31,671 bases of DNA from Thermodesulfovibrionales bacterium (GCA_044450345.1 JBIOIY010000037.1:1-31671), one strand, 5' to 3'; numbered from the stretch's first letter, positions 18,336 to 27,595 are shown. Translations and numbers: made by a program. The notes: generated by a model not told the origin, from the letters alone.

Positions 18336-18782
18336 ATGGCAGATGCGAAGAAGATGACTGTAGAAGAAGTGAATGAGTATATGAAGAAACAGTGCGGTTT
18401 CGTACCGAGGATGTTCCAGATAATCAACACGGTCACTCCGGAACCGGGGAGGACCTTCGCGGATTTCTACGCGAGTATCTTCGGTGATGGCGCGCTGTCC
18501 AAAAAGGTGAAGGAACTGATGTTCATGTCGGGCGGTGTTGGATACTGCTCGCCGCGCTGCATCATCCACGTGATTCCCGCCATCAACGCGGGCGCGACCA
18601 CAGGCGAGATATTCGAGGCAGCATCGGTCGGGATGATCCTCGCGGGTTTTGTGCCGGGCGGCCCTGGCATCCCCTACGCGTTCGAATATGCCCTCAAGTG
18701 TCTTGATATCGAGGCAAAGTTCAGAAAGGGCGAGAAGTGGGAGTACCTGCCGCAGCCGAAGTTCGATCACGGCGTATTCTAA
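18336..18782 (+). CDS. Carboxymuconolactone decarboxylase/AhpD-like protein
   Basis: GALSKKVKELM, CSPRCIIH, AINAGATTGEIFEA. ATG 18336 follows GGAGGAG; the in-frame ATG 18264 also has a GGAGG SD. Confidence 0.82.
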   Translation: MADAKKMTVEEVNEYMKKQCGFVPRMFQIINTVTPEPGRTFADFYASIFGDGALSKKVKELMFMSGGVGYCSPRCIIHVIPAINAGATTGEIFEAASVGMILAGFVPGGPGIPYAFEYALKCLDIEAKFRKGEKWEYLPQPKFDHGVF

Positions 18783-18791
18783 AGAATACAC

Positions 18792-18895
18792 AAGTGTCGG
18801 TGTCGGTGGTGGGTGTCGGTAAGCGCAGAAAAACTGAAAATATTTACTTACACTTTTACAGCTGACACTACAAACTGACACTGACACTGACACTT
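18792..18895. repeat. Inverted hexamer-repeat hairpin element
   Basis: AAGTGTCGGTGTCGGTG...GTGTCGGT on the left and (CTGACA)n...CACTT on the right; complementary with G:U pairs. Confidence 0.6.
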
Positions 18896-18905
18896 CAAAA
18901 AAAGA

Positions 18906-18937
18906 GGGCAGCCTATTCCCGTGAATAAGGACTGCCC
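18906..18937. terminator. Stem-loop upstream of the mtrH-like gene
   Basis: GGGCAGCCTATTC-ccgt-GAATAAGGACTGCCC. It is flanked by A-runs, so the U-tract is on the minus strand; it may instead stabilise the mRNA. Confidence 0.4.
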
Positions 18938-18987
18938 AAAAGTGAAACGATAGCTTATTTTACCACAATTTTCGAAAAAGGAGCGCT

Positions 18988-19944
18988 ATGTTCATATTTC
19001 AAAAAGAACAGAAGGTCTTTGATTTTAACGGCATAAAGATAGGCGGCCAGCCGGGCGAGAATCCGCCCCTCATGATCTCCTCCATGTTCCACAACAAGGA
19101 CCGGATCGTGCAGGACCGCAAGGGGAACTTCGACCGGCAGCGGGCAAAGGAAATCATCCGGAAGCAGGAGGAACTCTCGAAGGTGACAGGCGTTCCCGGT
19201 ATGGTGGCGATGGTGGCGAATTCACCGGAAGAGGCGAAGATATATATAGACTTTTTCCTCGAGACGACGGACATGTCCTTCGGCATCGACATGTGGGTGG
19301 CAGAACAAAGGGCGAAGGCAACCGAATATGTATCAAAGCTGGGGGTCCAGAACAAATTCCTCTACAACAGCATAACCCCGTGGGACAAGGACATCAAAGG
19401 ACAGATTCAGCGGTTGAAAGACCTCGGGATAAAACATGTTGTGATACAGGCGTTTGACGACCAGGACCAGTCCCCTGCCGGAAGGGTGAAATCCCTTGAA
19501 TCGATCCTGGCGCAGGGTGCGGACGGCTTCGCTACCATTATCGTCGACACCTCGGTGATGAACCTCCCGTCGACATCGTTTTCCCTCGTCGCAAACAGGA
19601 TGATAAAGGAGAAGCACGGGTTCCCCTGCGGCGGGGCATATTCTAACGGGACGCATATGTGGAAAGAGATAAAGGCGATCTGGGGACTCGACGGCTTCAA
19701 GGCCATGGACGCGGTTGTCCAGGGCATGTCGTCCGCCCTTTGGTCGGACTTCAACTTCTGCGGGCCTGCCGTCACAGCCCCTAGGGTCTTCCCCGCGGTT
19801 GCGAGTGCGCATATGCTTCTTTCGACGCTCGTCTTCGACGAGACCGGCGTCATCTTCGACAACCCCGAACTCCCGTTGCGGAAGTATTTCGGCGATTTCA
19901 TCACCAAGATCCAGGAGGGCGGATCGAGGAAAAAAGGAAAATAA
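18988..19944 (+). CDS. mtrH: MtrH-family methyl-corrinoid:tetrahydropterin (THF) methyltransferase
   Basis: MFIFQKEQKVFDFNGIKIGGQPGENPPLMISSMF, LYNSI, IIVDT, GFPCGGAYSN; no other mtr subunits in the window. Confidence 0.88.
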   Translation: MFIFQKEQKVFDFNGIKIGGQPGENPPLMISSMFHNKDRIVQDRKGNFDRQRAKEIIRKQEELSKVTGVPGMVAMVANSPEEAKIYIDFFLETTDMSFGIDMWVAEQRAKATEYVSKLGVQNKFLYNSITPWDKDIKGQIQRLKDLGIKHVVIQAFDDQDQSPAGRVKSLESILAQGADGFATIIVDTSVMNLPSTSFSLVANRMIKEKHGFPCGGAYSNGTHMWKEIKAIWGLDGFKAMDAVVQGMSSALWSDFNFCGPAVTAPRVFPAVASAHMLLSTLVFDETGVIFDNPELPLRKYFGDFITKIQEGGSRKKGK

Positions 19945-19977
19945 CGATATGACATACAGAAAGGAGAATTTCAATTT

Positions 19978-21003
19978 ATGAATTCACGAGAGAGAGTCAT
20001 CAAGCTGTTCAAAAAGGAGGCGATCGACAGGGTCCCCTGTTTCAGCGGCATGGGGAACATAACCGAAACCGGTATCAACAAGCTCGGCTACCGGTTTGCG
20101 GGCATCCATCTTGACGCAAAACAGATGGCGGACACCGCGGCCACAACCTACAAACTCTTCGGCTATGAATGCGGAGTCGTACCTGTAGACCTCTGTGTCG
20201 AGGCCGAGGCGATGGGCTGTGAGATCAATGTCTATCCCCATGCGGAGGGCATACTCTACCCGACCATTAAGCAAAAACTGATCCACAGCGAGGACGAGAT
20301 GAACATCTCACTGCCGGCGGATCTCGGCTCCCGGGGCAGGGTCCCTCTGTTGAGAGAGGCGATAAGACTGCTGAAGGCCGATATCGGCAACGACGTTGCA
20401 ATAGGCTCGTATGTCCTGGGACCATTCACCCTCGCTGGCCAGATAATGGAGTTGAACGACCTGCTGAAGCTCTCGTTCAAGAAGGCCGACAAGGTGGCTA
20501 AACTGCTTGACCTTGCGGCGGATGCCATTATCATTGTCGCAAAAGAGTTTGAGAAGGCGGGCGCCGATTATATAACAGTCAGAGAGATGGGTGCCACGAG
20601 CGACGTCCTGAGCCCCCGGGTCTTCAAAAACCTTATCATGCCCCCGCTTCAGAAGGTGCTCAAGACGATATCGGTCCACTCCGTGCTCCATATTTGCGGA
20701 AAGACGAACGATATCGTCACCACCATGATGGAGGCCGGACCCACGGCAATCAGCGTCGAACAGAAGAACGACGTTGCAGAGTCGAGGAAGAAACTGGGAA
20801 GCGATGCGCTGATCTTCGGCAACTTCGACCCTTACAACGTACTGGTATCGGGCAGCGAAGAGCTCGTGCGCACCACGATGCGCAAGTGCATCGACGACGG
20901 CGTCAGCGCCGTCTGGCCGGGCTGCGACATCTGGCCGACAGTGCCGCCCCAGAACATGATCGCCATGATAGAAGAAATAAAAACGTATGGAGGTAAACAA
21001 TAA
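19978..21003 (+). CDS. MtaA/CmuA-type methylcobamide:thiol (CoM) methyltransferase, copy 2
   Basis: IDRVPCFSG, VPVDLCVEAEAMGC, GRVP, GPFTLAG, LSPRVF, zinc motif LHICG...PGCD, GNFDP. Confidence 0.9.
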   Translation: MNSRERVIKLFKKEAIDRVPCFSGMGNITETGINKLGYRFAGIHLDAKQMADTAATTYKLFGYECGVVPVDLCVEAEAMGCEINVYPHAEGILYPTIKQKLIHSEDEMNISLPADLGSRGRVPLLREAIRLLKADIGNDVAIGSYVLGPFTLAGQIMELNDLLKLSFKKADKVAKLLDLAADAIIIVAKEFEKAGADYITVREMGATSDVLSPRVFKNLIMPPLQKVLKTISVHSVLHICGKTNDIVTTMMEAGPTAISVEQKNDVAESRKKLGSDALIFGNFDPYNVLVSGSEELVRTTMRKCIDDGVSAVWPGCDIWPTVPPQNMIAMIEEIKTYGGKQ

Positions 21004-21686
21004 TGGCTGACGAAGCACGGAAAAAAGAGATCTATGACAAATTGAGAAACGGCGTTATCCAGTATGACGAGGACGCTTGCAGAGAGGGCGCGAATGAAGC
21101 AGTGGCGGAAGGGCTCGACGCGAACGAGGCGATCTTCGACGGCCTCGTCTCCGGCATGGAAGAAGTCGGCAGGCTCTTCGAGGCCCAGGAATATTTCGTC
21201 CCGGAGATTTTGATGTGCGCCGATGCGCTTTACGCTGGACTCGAGATCCTCAAACCCCACTGCCAGCAGATGGACCTGGGGGTGAAGGGCTCTGTCGTTA
21301 TCGGCACGGTCGAAGGAGACGTCCACGACATCGGCAAGAACCTTGTGAAGATGATGTTCGACGTCGCAGGGTTTACGGTCTACGACCTCGGCAGGGACGT
21401 CCCCCTCGACAAGTTCGTCGACGAGCAGATGAAGACCGATTCAGAACTCGTCTGTCTTTCTGCGATGATGACCACCTCGATGGTCGGCATGCCGAAGGTC
21501 ATAGAGAAGATCAAGGCAAAGAACCCCAACTGTATGATCATGATCGGCGGCGCGCCGACGTCCAAGGAACTCGCCGATAAATGGGGCGCAGACGGGTATG
21601 CCGAAGACGCCAGCAACGCGCTGAAAGAGGCGATCAAGATGGTCGCGTTTCTTAAAAAACTTAGGGACGAAAAGCTGAAGAAATAG
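21003..21686 (+). CDS. Methyltransferase corrinoid protein (MtaC/MttC family)
   Basis: B12 cap (GLVSGMEEVGRLFE..EYFVPE) and D-x-H-x-x-G (EGDVHDIGKNLV), DLGRDVP, LSAMMTTS, IGGAP. Confidence 0.96.
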   Translation: MADEARKKEIYDKLRNGVIQYDEDACREGANEAVAEGLDANEAIFDGLVSGMEEVGRLFEAQEYFVPEILMCADALYAGLEILKPHCQQMDLGVKGSVVIGTVEGDVHDIGKNLVKMMFDVAGFTVYDLGRDVPLDKFVDEQMKTDSELVCLSAMMTTSMVGMPKVIEKIKAKNPNCMIMIGGAPTSKELADKWGADGYAEDASNALKEAIKMVAFLKKLRDEKLKK

Positions 21687-21693
21687 GCAGCCG

Positions 21694-22335
21694 GTGAATG
21701 CCGACCCGCTGAAGCAGTTTCTTAAGGCTGAGGGCGCAACCCTCGTCGGAGTGGGCGATGTCACGAAGGCACTCTCAAAGGAGATCGTCCACCTGAGCAG
21801 AGGTATTGCCATCGCAGTAAACCGGAGCCTCACCAGGGATACTGTCGATCTGCTCATCCGTCTCCAGGCCCTGGCCGAGGGATGGCTTAAGGCGAAGGGA
21901 TACCGGAGCCTTTCTATCCCGCCGGACTCGGACCGGAAGATGGGCAAGATGATCTCGAAGCTTTACACGCTCTTCTGCCACAAGACCGCGGCGACCTGCT
22001 CCGGTCTCGGATGGATCGGGAAGAACGGCCTGATCATCAACGAGCAGTACGGGTCGAAGATGACCTGGGCGACCGTGCTGACCGATGCCCCGCTGGCCAC
22101 TGACCGGCCTTATATAGCATCGCAATGCGGGGAATGCGATCTCTGCGCAAAGCACTGTCCCTCCGGCGCGGTGAAAGGCCACCTCTGGTCGCTCGGCAAC
22201 CCCCTGAGGGAGATCGTCGCGTACGACAAATGCAGGGCCCTGAAGTCGGGGAGGACGGCGCTCAAGGAAAAACCCAATTGCGGGTTCTGCGTGACAGTCT
22301 GTCCCTATTCACGGAATGGAGGCACACACAAATAG
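21694..22335 (+). CDS. QueG/reductive-dehalogenase-like 4Fe-4S protein
   Basis: HKTAATCSGLGWIGKNGLII..YGS....ATVLTDAPL, CGECDLCAKHCP and CGFCVTVCP; GTG start. Confidence 0.8.
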   Translation: MNADPLKQFLKAEGATLVGVGDVTKALSKEIVHLSRGIAIAVNRSLTRDTVDLLIRLQALAEGWLKAKGYRSLSIPPDSDRKMGKMISKLYTLFCHKTAATCSGLGWIGKNGLIINEQYGSKMTWATVLTDAPLATDRPYIASQCGECDLCAKHCPSGAVKGHLWSLGNPLREIVAYDKCRALKSGRTALKEKPNCGFCVTVCPYSRNGGTHK

Positions 22336-22435
22336 TCCGGCGGCACTGATAAAATGTCATTTTTCTCAGAGAGATAAATATTGTTAGACGTATGCCGTTA
22401 TTAATGATTAATAAAATTACAGGAGGAAATACTAT

Positions 22436-24427
22436 ATGAGTCGTATGTTTAAGGTGATCTTCCAGCCGGCAGGCCGGAGGGGAGAGATAGAGGAAGGGAC
22501 CACAATTCTGAAAGCCGCACAGCGTCTCGGCGTCGACCTCGAGGCGCTCTGCGGGGACAAGAAGGTCTGCGGGAAATGCAAGATCAGGATCGAAGAAGGC
22601 TACTCCGAAAAAGACAATCTCGATTCCGGAATGAAACATATCACGCCGCAAGAGCCGACCCCCGATGAGATGAAGCATATAAAGCCCGAAGACGGACCCG
22701 GCATCAGGCTCGCCTGCTCATGCGAGATACACGGCGACCTTAAGGTCTTCGTCCCGGAGCGGTCGAGGGCCGGCAAACAGGTGGTGCGCAAGGCCGCAAA
22801 AGAACTTTCGATCGCCCTTGATCCGGCGGTCAAGAAATATACGCTGACATTTACGCCACCGAAGCTGCACGACATGACCACGGGCGATTACGAACGAGTT
22901 GTGAAGGCGATGGAAGATATTTATGGCATCAAGGACCTTACGTTCGACTTCGAAGTGCTCCTTCAGCTGCAGGATGCCCTGCGCACAGGTGAATGGACGA
23001 TAACCGTAACGGTCTGGCAGGGCAGGGAGATAATCAAGGTCGAACCGGGTCATGTGGATGTCTGCTACGGCCTTGCCGTAGACATCGGCACCACTACCTG
23101 TGTAGGCTATCTCTGTGACCTTTCGACAGGAAAGGTGGTCAACACGGAATCGATGATGAACCCCCAGGTCCCCTACGGCGAGGACGTCATGTCGAGGATT
23201 ACTTACGCCATGACCAACCCCGAAGGACTCAAGACTATGCAGGATGCGATCATCACCGGGCTGAACGAGATCATCGAGAAGGTGGTTGCGGAGGTCAAGA
23301 AGGACGGCCCCCATCCCGGCGTTGCGATCGACGACCTCACCATAGTCTTTAATACCGCGATGCACCATATATTCCTCGGGCTGAACCCGGTCTACATCGG
23401 ACGTTCTCCCTTCATCCCCGCTGTGCAGCGGTCGCTCGATATCAAGGCCCGTGACATCGGGCTGAAGATCAATCCGGGGGCATTCATTCATGTCCTGCCG
23501 ATCGAGGCAGGGTTCGTAGGCGCAGACAACGTCGGGGTGCTTATCGCCCAGGAGCAGTATTTCCAGGACGACATGGTCCTGATCATAGACATCGGCACAA
23601 ACGGCGAGCTTCTCCTCGGCAATAAGGACAGGGTATGTTCCACCTCATGCGCAACAGGCCCTGCCTTCGAGGGCGCGCAGATAAAGTTCGGCATGCGCGC
23701 CGCTCCCGGGGCGATCGAGAAGGTCAAGATAGACCACGTAACCAAGGAGCCCAAGTATAAAGTCATCGGCAAGGCAGATTGGCATACACACGTAGAAGGG
23801 AAGATCAACGCAAAAGGCATCTGCGGCTCAGCGATCATAGATGTTATCGCAGAGATGTTTCTGGCGGGGGTCATCGATAAAACAGGGAAGTTTGTCATGG
23901 ACCCCGGCACAAACAGGATCAGGAAAGATGCGGGAGGGAAGCCCGAGTATGTCCTTGCCTGGGCTGAAGAGACCTCGATCAACCAGGACATCACGGTCAC
24001 CCAGGGCGACGTCCGGGCACTCCAGCTCGCCAAGGGTGCGCTTTACACCGGCGCAAAGCTGATGATGCAAAAGATGGGCGTTACTAAACTCGACCGCGTC
24101 GAGCTTGCAGGGGCCTTCGGCAGCCATATCGACCGCGAGGCGTCGCTCATGCTCGGTATGTTCCCTGACGTGCCCATCGACAAGGTGGTGGTCGTCGGCA
24201 ACGCAGCAGGCGACGGGGCGAGGATGGCTCTTCTGAACAAAGCCAAACGGATCGAGGCGTCCGAACGCGCCCGTTGGGTCGAGTTCGTTGAGATAGCTAC
24301 CGAGCCGGCCTTCGAGAAGGAGTTCATGCAGGCGATGCATATCCCCCACATGAAGGACAAGTTCCCGAATCTCAAGAAGATGCTTGAGGAACAAAAATCG
24401 ATTTTGGCCCCGAGCATAAAAGGATAG
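22436..24427 (+). CDS. ATP-dependent reductive activator of corrinoid proteins (RACo/ASKHA, DUF4445) with N-terminal 2Fe-2S
   Basis: CGDKKVCGKC...RLAC, AVDIGTTT, NPQ..YGEDVMSRI, GFVGAD, IDIGTNGE, ATGPAFEG, GICGS, AGAFGS, GNAAGDGA. Confidence 0.93.
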   Translation: MSRMFKVIFQPAGRRGEIEEGTTILKAAQRLGVDLEALCGDKKVCGKCKIRIEEGYSEKDNLDSGMKHITPQEPTPDEMKHIKPEDGPGIRLACSCEIHGDLKVFVPERSRAGKQVVRKAAKELSIALDPAVKKYTLTFTPPKLHDMTTGDYERVVKAMEDIYGIKDLTFDFEVLLQLQDALRTGEWTITVTVWQGREIIKVEPGHVDVCYGLAVDIGTTTCVGYLCDLSTGKVVNTESMMNPQVPYGEDVMSRITYAMTNPEGLKTMQDAIITGLNEIIEKVVAEVKKDGPHPGVAIDDLTIVFNTAMHHIFLGLNPVYIGRSPFIPAVQRSLDIKARDIGLKINPGAFIHVLPIEAGFVGADNVGVLIAQEQYFQDDMVLIIDIGTNGELLLGNKDRVCSTSCATGPAFEGAQIKFGMRAAPGAIEKVKIDHVTKEPKYKVIGKADWHTHVEGKINAKGICGSAIIDVIAEMFLAGVIDKTGKFVMDPGTNRIRKDAGGKPEYVLAWAEETSINQDITVTQGDVRALQLAKGALYTGAKLMMQKMGVTKLDRVELAGAFGSHIDREASLMLGMFPDVPIDKVVVVGNAAGDGARMALLNKAKRIEASERARWVEFVEIATEPAFEKEFMQAMHIPHMKDKFPNLKKMLEEQKSILAPSIKG

Positions 24428-24437
24428 AAGTTATCAC

Positions 24438-24761
24438 ATGACCAAGGTCAGGGTGGATCCGGGGCAATGCGGCATGGCGGCCGTTGTCGAGGTGAAACAG
24501 AAAGGAAAGGGAGTCTTCGAACTGCGGATCACTTCCGACTGTGATATGGTCCGGAAGCTCGGAGAAGAGGTCCCCACCCTCAAACTTGCGGACGCCTTCA
24601 AGAAGCTGCTTGAAAATCCCGTATACAAGAAGGGGGCGACATGCATCAAGCATGTCGCCTGTCCCATTCCATGTGCCATCCTAAAGGCGCTCGAAGTCGA
24701 GGCCGGACTAGGCGTCCCAAAAGACGTTACGATGGTCTTCATTAGTGATGAAGACAAATAG
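24438..24761 (+). CDS. Small Cys-motif protein (DUF6951-like)
   Basis: PGQCG, SDC, HVACPIPCAILKALEVEAGL..PKDV; family assigned from memory. Confidence 0.65.
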   Translation: MTKVRVDPGQCGMAAVVEVKQKGKGVFELRITSDCDMVRKLGEEVPTLKLADAFKKLLENPVYKKGATCIKHVACPIPCAILKALEVEAGLGVPKDVTMVFISDEDK

Positions 24762-24788
24762 TCCCTTACCATAGGGTATAATCAGCTT

Positions 24789-25598
24789 ATGACTGATGTG
24801 GTCTATTACAAGCCATGGTTCCTCTTCCGTATCTGCGAAATCCTGGCCTTCGGCTATCTCTTATATTCATTCCAGAGGCGGATGAAGTCATGGGGCCGGG
24901 GACGGCAACGGCCAGGCACCGGGGGATGGACGCTGCAAACGATACGGATATGGCTTATGGAAGTCCTGATCCAGAGACAGCTCCTTGCCCTCTCCTTCTC
25001 CCGCTGGGTCGTCCATATGCTTATATTCTGGGGCTTCATCTGTCTGGGGGCGCTCTCATTATTCCTATTCCTCCTCTCGCTGGCGGAAATGTCGGGCATC
25101 GACGGCGGTCTCAGAACCTACTTCCTTCACGGCAGCGGCCACGCTGCGGTGAAAGTCTGGGGCGATCTCTTCGGCATCTTCCTGCTCGCAGGCCTTCTTT
25201 CCGCAGGCGTCCGGCGTCTCTTCCGGCGCCCGCGTCAGCTCGTCAATGACCAGGACGACATCGTGCTCCTGGCGTATCTCATCTGGCTTACTATCGGCGG
25301 TTTTTTCTTAGAGGGACTGCGTCTCAGTCAGATTCATCCGGATGTTGCGCGCTATTCTTTTGTGGGGCGTTTCTTTGCCCTGGCCTGGGCAATCAACGCC
25401 TCTGACATCGGTCTGTGGATGACAGCCGCGTGGACCATTCATGCCTTCAGCGGTCTCGGCCTCCTGCTCTATCTGCCAAATAGTAAACTCATACACAGTC
25501 TGCTCGGCCCGGTCGTCATCGCGCTGAACGCCTCTGAAGAACGGGAAAGGAAGGACATCTATTGGCCGAGGATAAAAAGTCACAGGCCGATAAAATAG
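24789..25598 (+). CDS. NarI-family membrane cytochrome b, HdrE-like (pair 1)
   Basis: About 5 TM; RWVVHMLIFWGF, GFFLEGLR, WTIH...YLPNSKLIH; overlaps the following CCG gene. Confidence 0.85.
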   Translation: MTDVVYYKPWFLFRICEILAFGYLLYSFQRRMKSWGRGRQRPGTGGWTLQTIRIWLMEVLIQRQLLALSFSRWVVHMLIFWGFICLGALSLFLFLLSLAEMSGIDGGLRTYFLHGSGHAAVKVWGDLFGIFLLAGLLSAGVRRLFRRPRQLVNDQDDIVLLAYLIWLTIGGFFLEGLRLSQIHPDVARYSFVGRFFALAWAINASDIGLWMTAAWTIHAFSGLGLLLYLPNSKLIHSLLGPVVIALNASEERERKDIYWPRIKSHRPIK

Positions 25599-26839
25599 CC
25601 GGAGGACTTACCCGGAGGCAGCTCATTGAGATCGAGTCCTGCAGCCGGTGCGGCGAGTGCCTGCTCTGGTGCCCGGTCTACCCTCACGACTCAAGGGAAG
25701 ATATCACCGCAAGGGGAAAGCTCGGCCGGCTCCGAAAGATGGTATCGGAAGACGCTGCTTCGGCCGCTGACGCGGCTCTTTTAGACGCGTTCTATGCATG
25801 TTCCGCATGCGGCCAGTGCCATGTGGTCTGTCCTATCCGCATCGATACCCCGGAACTTTGGGAACAGGCCCGCCAGGCCCTTGCAAGCGCGGGTCTGTCT
25901 CAACCGGAACCGCAGTTACAGCAGCTTGCGCTGATCAGGGAATGCAATAACTCATACGGCAAACCCCAGCGGGAACGGGGCCGTTGGGCAGAACGTGCCT
26001 GGCGTGCAGGGTTCCTCCGTGAACCACTCAGAACCTGGGACGAACGTCCGGCTTCTGTCCTCTATTTCGCCGGTTGCACGGCCAGCTTCGATCCGGCGAT
26101 GCAGCCGGTGGCTGTGCAGTCTGCACGCCTGCTTCAGGAGGCAGGGGTGGAGTTTGCTATCCTCGGGCAGGAGGAGCCATGCTGCGCCAGCAAGCTCCGG
26201 CGCATGGGGGACAGCCACTTTTTTCAGGAGGCAGGAAAGAGAGCAGAAATGCTCAGGAGCAAAAAGGTGCGGACGATCGTCGTCTCTTGCGCAGGCTGCT
26301 TCAAGGGACTGCATGCCGATTACCGGGGCATTCTTTCCGGTGACATCGAAGTGCTTCATCTTACAGAGTTCCTTGACGGCCTCATTCGCGATGGCAGGTT
26401 GAGGCCGCGGTATAACGTCCCCCTTTCGGTAACCTACCATGACCCTTGCCACCTCGGACGCCACAACGGCATCTATGAGGAGCCACGCAGGGTACTGAAG
26501 TCAATCCCCGGGCTGCGCCTCATCGAAATGCGCAGGTCCGGCCCTTTCTCCGCCTGTTGCGGCATGGGAGGAGGACTAAAGCTCGCACGGCCCGACCTGC
26601 AGAAAAAGATGTCGGCGTCGCGGATCAAGGAGGCGGAGGCTGCCGGCGCAGAGGCGGTTGTCACCCCGTGCCAGACCTGCCTCATGGGACTCACTGCAGG
26701 CGCCGCTGCCGCATCTTCATCCCTGCAGACATTTCACCTTAACGAAGTGCTCATGCGTTCCCTCTGCCCTGATATCACGGCAGAAAATATCGTAGCGGCG
26801 CTGGGAGAAATGAACGAACCGGATGAAGGGTCTTTATGA
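25562..26839 (+). CDS. HdrD-like heterodisulfide reductase catalytic subunit (pair 1)
   Basis: Two 4Fe-4S motifs (CSRCGECLLWCP, CSACGQCHVVCP) and two CCG domains (FAGC..CCAS..SCAGC; HDPCH..CCG..PCQTC); TTG start. Confidence 0.88.
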   Translation: MAEDKKSQADKIAGGLTRRQLIEIESCSRCGECLLWCPVYPHDSREDITARGKLGRLRKMVSEDAASAADAALLDAFYACSACGQCHVVCPIRIDTPELWEQARQALASAGLSQPEPQLQQLALIRECNNSYGKPQRERGRWAERAWRAGFLREPLRTWDERPASVLYFAGCTASFDPAMQPVAVQSARLLQEAGVEFAILGQEEPCCASKLRRMGDSHFFQEAGKRAEMLRSKKVRTIVVSCAGCFKGLHADYRGILSGDIEVLHLTEFLDGLIRDGRLRPRYNVPLSVTYHDPCHLGRHNGIYEEPRRVLKSIPGLRLIEMRRSGPFSACCGMGGGLKLARPDLQKKMSASRIKEAEAAGAEAVVTPCQTCLMGLTAGAAAASSSLQTFHLNEVLMRSLCPDITAENIVAALGEMNEPDEGSL

Positions 26840-26911
26840 CGAAAAGGATGCGTATTTAAGATCAGCAGACCCTGAGACGGCGTGATTGTGAGATAATATA
26901 AGCATAAACGG

Positions 26912-27595
26912 ATGGGAATGCTTCTGGTCATAATCGCATACCTGGTGTATGCTGCCTTCTGGGTGCGGCTCAGCCTGCATACGCTCCTTTGGTTAAAGTC
27001 GGCGCGCCAGCTGCTGCCCCACCACACAGCCCCCGATGTAAAACGATGGCCGGCCTTCGCCACTGCTGCATTGGACCTGTTTTTTTTCAGAAGGCTTTTC
27101 GCATCCAACAAATGCTTGTGGCTGGGTTCATGGGCTTTTCATACCGCGTTTCTCTTTGTCATCCTTCGTCACCTCAAATATTTTTTAAACCCCGTGCCCG
27201 ACTGCATATGGTGCGTCCAGCCCTTCGGTGTCGCGGCGGGATATGTACTCACGTTCTCATTGCTTTATGTGATGGTCGCGCGGATGGCTGCCAGGATAAG
27301 ATACGTCTCCTATCAGAACTATGTCATCCTGGGCCTCCTTTTTTTCATCGGTGCAACGGGACTTCTGATGAGAAATTTTTTCAGACCCGACCTCATAGAC
27401 GTGAAGAGTTTTGTAATGGGCATTGTCGCTTTCAGGCCCTCTCCGCTGCCCGGCAATTTTTTTTTCGTCATCCACTTTTCTCTCGCCCTTCTTTTGATCC
27501 CGTATCTCCCCTTTCATATTTTTACCGCGCCGCTTATCGTTATAGAGGCAAGCAGACGGCAACAGGGACTTGATATGGTGATGCATGGAAAATAA
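26912..27595 (+). CDS. NarI-family membrane cytochrome b, DsrM/HmeC-like (pair 2)
   Basis: FFRRLF, WLGSWAFH..FVILRHLKYFLNPVP, TGLLMR, FFFVIHFSLALLLIPYLPFH. Confidence 0.82.
   Translation: MGMLLVIIAYLVYAAFWVRLSLHTLLWLKSARQLLPHHTAPDVKRWPAFATAALDLFFFRRLFASNKCLWLGSWAFHTAFLFVILRHLKYFLNPVPDCIWCVQPFGVAAGYVLTFSLLYVMVARMAARIRYVSYQNYVILGLLFFIGATGLLMRNFFRPDLIDVKSFVMGIVAFRPSPLPGNFFFVIHFSLALLLIPYLPFHIFTAPLIVIEASRRQQGLDMVMHGK

Noticed and set aside
18186..18893. 235-aa minus-strand ORF and the many other antisense or overlapping ORFs in the track
   Set aside because: They are shadows of well-supported genes on the opposite strand or frame; this one starts in a simple repeat (MSVSVSV).
18792..18895. CRISPR array
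   Set aside because: These are short hexamer repeats without unique spacers, and no cas genes are present.
17149..21003. Uroporphyrinogen decarboxylase (hemE) call for the two URO-D-fold genes
   Set aside because: They lack the RQAGR motif, carry the H-x-C...C zinc motif and sit beside corrinoid genes.
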